From a virus, in IMG/VR virus record IMGVR_UViG_3300021181_000006, positions 96,001 through 160,000 of that record: a DNA stretch of 64,000 nt; one strand, given 5' to 3'. The notes under the pieces are model-generated. The model made no database searches. It was not told the origin of the DNA and worked only from the letters and a program-made list of their open reading frames with translations. Within the stretch, counting starts at the first letter, position 1. Every line of letters starts with the position of its first letter. Positions 63,860 to 64,000 of the stretch are shown in pieces. The translations under genes and the position numbers were made by a program.

Positions 63860-63999
63860 TTGCCTGCTCCGAAAGTGGGATTCATGCCTGTTGGATGTCG
63901 ATTTTCGCCGTAATTTCTTGAAAGTTTACCCTGATAGTCAGAGTTTGCTTTGATAGCTCGTACACCTAAGTAACCAGCTGCTCCAACGCCTGCAGCTCT
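63856..63999 (-). CDS. 3' end of a CDS running off the window
   Basis: ...AAGVGAAGYLGVRAIK...GAGK-stop, ATGA coupled to 63859. Confidence 0.6.
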   Translation of the reverse strand, partial: RAAGVGAAGYLGVRAIKANSDYQGKLSRNYGENRHPTGMNPTFGAGK

Positions 64000-64000
64000 C

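Noticed and set aside
1-64000. Alternative genetic code (stop-codon reassignment)
   Set aside because: thyA, folA, sheath, MCP and protease are full length in the standard code; small ORFs have SDs and ATGA coupling; no suppressor anticodon (CUA/UUA/UCA) was found.
1-64000. CRISPR array
   Set aside because: No regularly spaced identical DNA repeats; the recurrent signals are at protein level with degenerate codons.

Overview
64 kb of a large tailed dsDNA bacteriophage genome (contractile-tail myovirus; sheath, tube, HK97-type major capsid protein and prohead protease are present), read in the standard code. About 1-46.9 kb is a dense plus-strand accessory region. It holds roughly 100 mostly small ORFs, 19 recognisable tRNA genes, one degenerate tRNA and one tRNA-like RNA. 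tRNA-Leu(UAA) and tRNA-Lys(UUU) are each split by a group I intron carrying a homing endonuclease. It also holds free-standing endonucleases, PTH2, a HAD nucleotidase, a MazG-like protein, a glycosyltransferase, thyA, DHFR, fibre/spike genes and several long ORF-free structured segments. About 46.9-64 kb is a minus-strand tail-neck-head morphogenesis operon. No rRNA, CRISPR array, reverse transcriptase, portal or terminase was recognised. Five things stand out: (1) one short peptide motif, hydrophobic-[KRE]-x-x-[ML]-[GN]-[IL]-x-hydrophobic, recurs in more than 30 small ORFs, many in tandem arrays; (2) several tRNAs carry compensatory rewiring of conserved elbow pairs, and there is a D-armless tRNA and an 8/5-type tRNA-like RNA with a 37-nt anticodon-arm insertion; (3) a ~370-nt multi-helix ncRNA candidate lies just upstream of the tRNA-Lys gene; (4) a K-x-A motif saturates the head proteins and is a candidate maturation cleavage site; (5) a beta-rich module is inserted in the capsid, sheath and tail-completion proteins. 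All family assignments are by eye from motifs; no searches or folding programs were run.
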